A stretch of 37,307 nucleotides of DNA from Fibrobacteria bacterium (GTDB taxonomy: Bacteria; Fibrobacterota; Fibrobacteria; UBA11236), in contig JBJHDK010000019.1 of the NCBI GenBank assembly GCA_050486505.1, positions 1 to 37,307 of the forward strand, in the 5' to 3' direction. A program made the position numbers and the translations under genes. Below are positions 36,021-37,307 of this stretch, piece by piece. The notes under the pieces are model-generated. The model had not been told where the DNA came from. It searched no databases and was given only the letters and a program-made list of their open reading frames with translations. How positions within the stretch are numbered: the first letter of the stretch is position 1; every line of letters begins with the position of its first letter.

Positions 36021-36073
36021 TCGGTCGCTGAGCTTGCTGCCTTGAGCTTGTCGAAGGGCGTCGAAGCGACCGA
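36021..36073. repeat. Nested REP-like hairpin (GAGCTTGTCGAA family) between convergent genes
   Basis: TCGGTCGCT GAGCTT [GCTGCCTTGAGCTTGTCGAAGGGC] GTCGA AGCGACCGA. Confidence 0.8.
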
Positions 36074-36087
36074 CGTTGTACCTTCAC

Positions 36088-37307
36088 TCATCCCTGGAAG
36101 GCCGAGAAATCCGCGACATTCAACACCACGTCACGGACGCTCGCGAGGATGGCCTGCCGGCCGGCCCGGATCGCGGGATCGGGATCATTGACCATGACAG
36201 CGTCGAAGAATTTCGCGACGGGCTTCTGCAACGTCGCCACGGCGGAGAGCGCCTTGTCCCATGACTGGCTTTGGACGGCCCCGTCCACAGCGTTGCGGGC
36301 GACGCCGATGGCGTCGACGAGGGCGGTTTCGGCGGGGTTTCGGGGCGAGTCATGATTCGCCCTTACAACATCCCCCGCGTCGCGGAGGATGTTGTTCACC
36401 CGCTTGAACGTCTCCGCGATTTGGGAAAATTCCGGTCGCGCGCGGAAGGCCTGCAGCGCCTCGAGGCGCGCGACGAGATCAGGAATAACCTCCCATGACG
36501 GGACGGCGCCCGCCGCTGCATCGAAGGTGTCGGGTGCGATGCCGCCGGGCAACCCGGGGCGACCGGTCTCGGCGAAGAGGTTCTGGGCGCGTCCCCTGAA
36601 GAAATCGAGCAGCTTCTCCGCAACGGCGGCACGGTCGGACGCGGGAATCTCCCCTTCGGAGAATTGATCCAGCGCGTCCCCCACCAAATCCGCCAAGGGA
36701 ATCCGGACGTCCCCATGCAACAGCAAGGCGAGCGTCGTCCAGCAGGCGCGGCGAAGCGCGAAGGGGTCGGCCGATCCGGTGGGGATTTTTCCCTTGCCGA
36801 AGAGGGCGACCAGCGTATCGAGCCGATCCGCGAGGCCGACGAGAGCGCCTTCTTCGGTGACAGGGTAGCCGTCCCCGGCGTTGCGGGGTTTGTAGTGGTC
36901 GGCGATGCCGTCTGCGATGACGGGGTCGAGGCCCTCGGCCAGCGCATAGTAACGGCCGACGATGCCCTGCAGCTCGGGGAACTCACCGACCATTTGCGTG
37001 GTCAGGTCGTTCTTGCACAGCATGGCGATGTGTTCCGCCGCGCCTGCCTTTTCCGGGCTCCAGCCGAGACGGCTGGCGTGAAGGGAAGTCAGGCGTTCCA
37101 CGCGCACGGTCTTCGCGTAAATGCTCGCACCCGTGACCGGGTCGCCGAGGCCTTTGAGGAAGGCGACGGTTTTCAGGTCTTCGCGGCGCTCCAAGAGCGT
37201 CTTCTTCTTGTCCTCGCGGAGGAAGAACTCGGCGTCGGCGAAGCGGGCGCGTACCACGCGCTCATTGCCCTCGCGCACCAGCGCGTAATCCTTGCATTCC
37301 ATGTTGG
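36088..37307 (-). CDS. glyS: Glycine-tRNA ligase beta subunit, C-terminal part (5' truncated by window)
   Basis: GNERVVRARFADAEFF, K.DL.TQMVGEFPELQG, HYKP, PTGSADPFALRR, FKRVNNI, FFDAVMVND. Confidence 0.95.
   Translation of the reverse strand, partial: NMECKDYALVREGNERVVRARFADAEFFLREDKKKTLLERREDLKTVAFLKGLGDPVTGASIYAKTVRVERLTSLHASRLGWSPEKAGAAEHIAMLCKNDLTTQMVGEFPELQGIVGRYYALAEGLDPVIADGIADHYKPRNAGDGYPVTEEGALVGLADRLDTLVALFGKGKIPTGSADPFALRRACWTTLALLLHGDVRIPLADLVGDALDQFSEGEIPASDRAAVAEKLLDFFRGRAQNLFAETGRPGLPGGIAPDTFDAAAGAVPSWEVIPDLVARLEALQAFRARPEFSQIAETFKRVNNILRDAGDVVRANHDSPRNPAETALVDAIGVARNAVDGAVQSQSWDKALSAVATLQKPVAKFFDAVMVNDPDPAIRAGRQAILASVRDVVLNVADFSAFQG

Overview
High-GC bacterial chromosomal window. 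A Fibrobacterota-like origin is inferred from T9SS-type C-terminal sorting domains and a Fibrobacter-style SOS box. Housekeeping genes: folD (partial), ispA-dxs-TrmH methyltransferase, trpB-trpA-chorismate mutase-tyrA-aroA-like-nadK, recN, bcp, a glycosyltransferase and glyS (partial). Accessory content: a PhoX phosphatase paired with an extended di-heme peroxidase, a vapBC module, a lower-GC island of about 11 kb (12.8-23.9 kb), and two tandem lipoprotein genes inserted between nadK and recN. The island links a divergent molybdenum storage pair (MosB/MosA-like) and modA-TOBE-modB-modC to a SAM methyltransferase, an ABC-2 exporter and two secreted proteins. Main signals: (1) dispersed intergenic elements built as (GAATTAN)n-GAATGAA + unique 77-85 nt spacer + TTCAATTC-(NTAATTC)n; (2) the Mo storage/uptake/export operon, whose MosA-like subunit lacks the known cluster-anchoring residues; (3) an intact but catalytically eroded EPSP synthase; (4) REP-like palindromes read in frame inside trpB, trpA and glyS; (5) frequent leaderless promoters. 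Family assignments come from motif recognition only; no database search was run.
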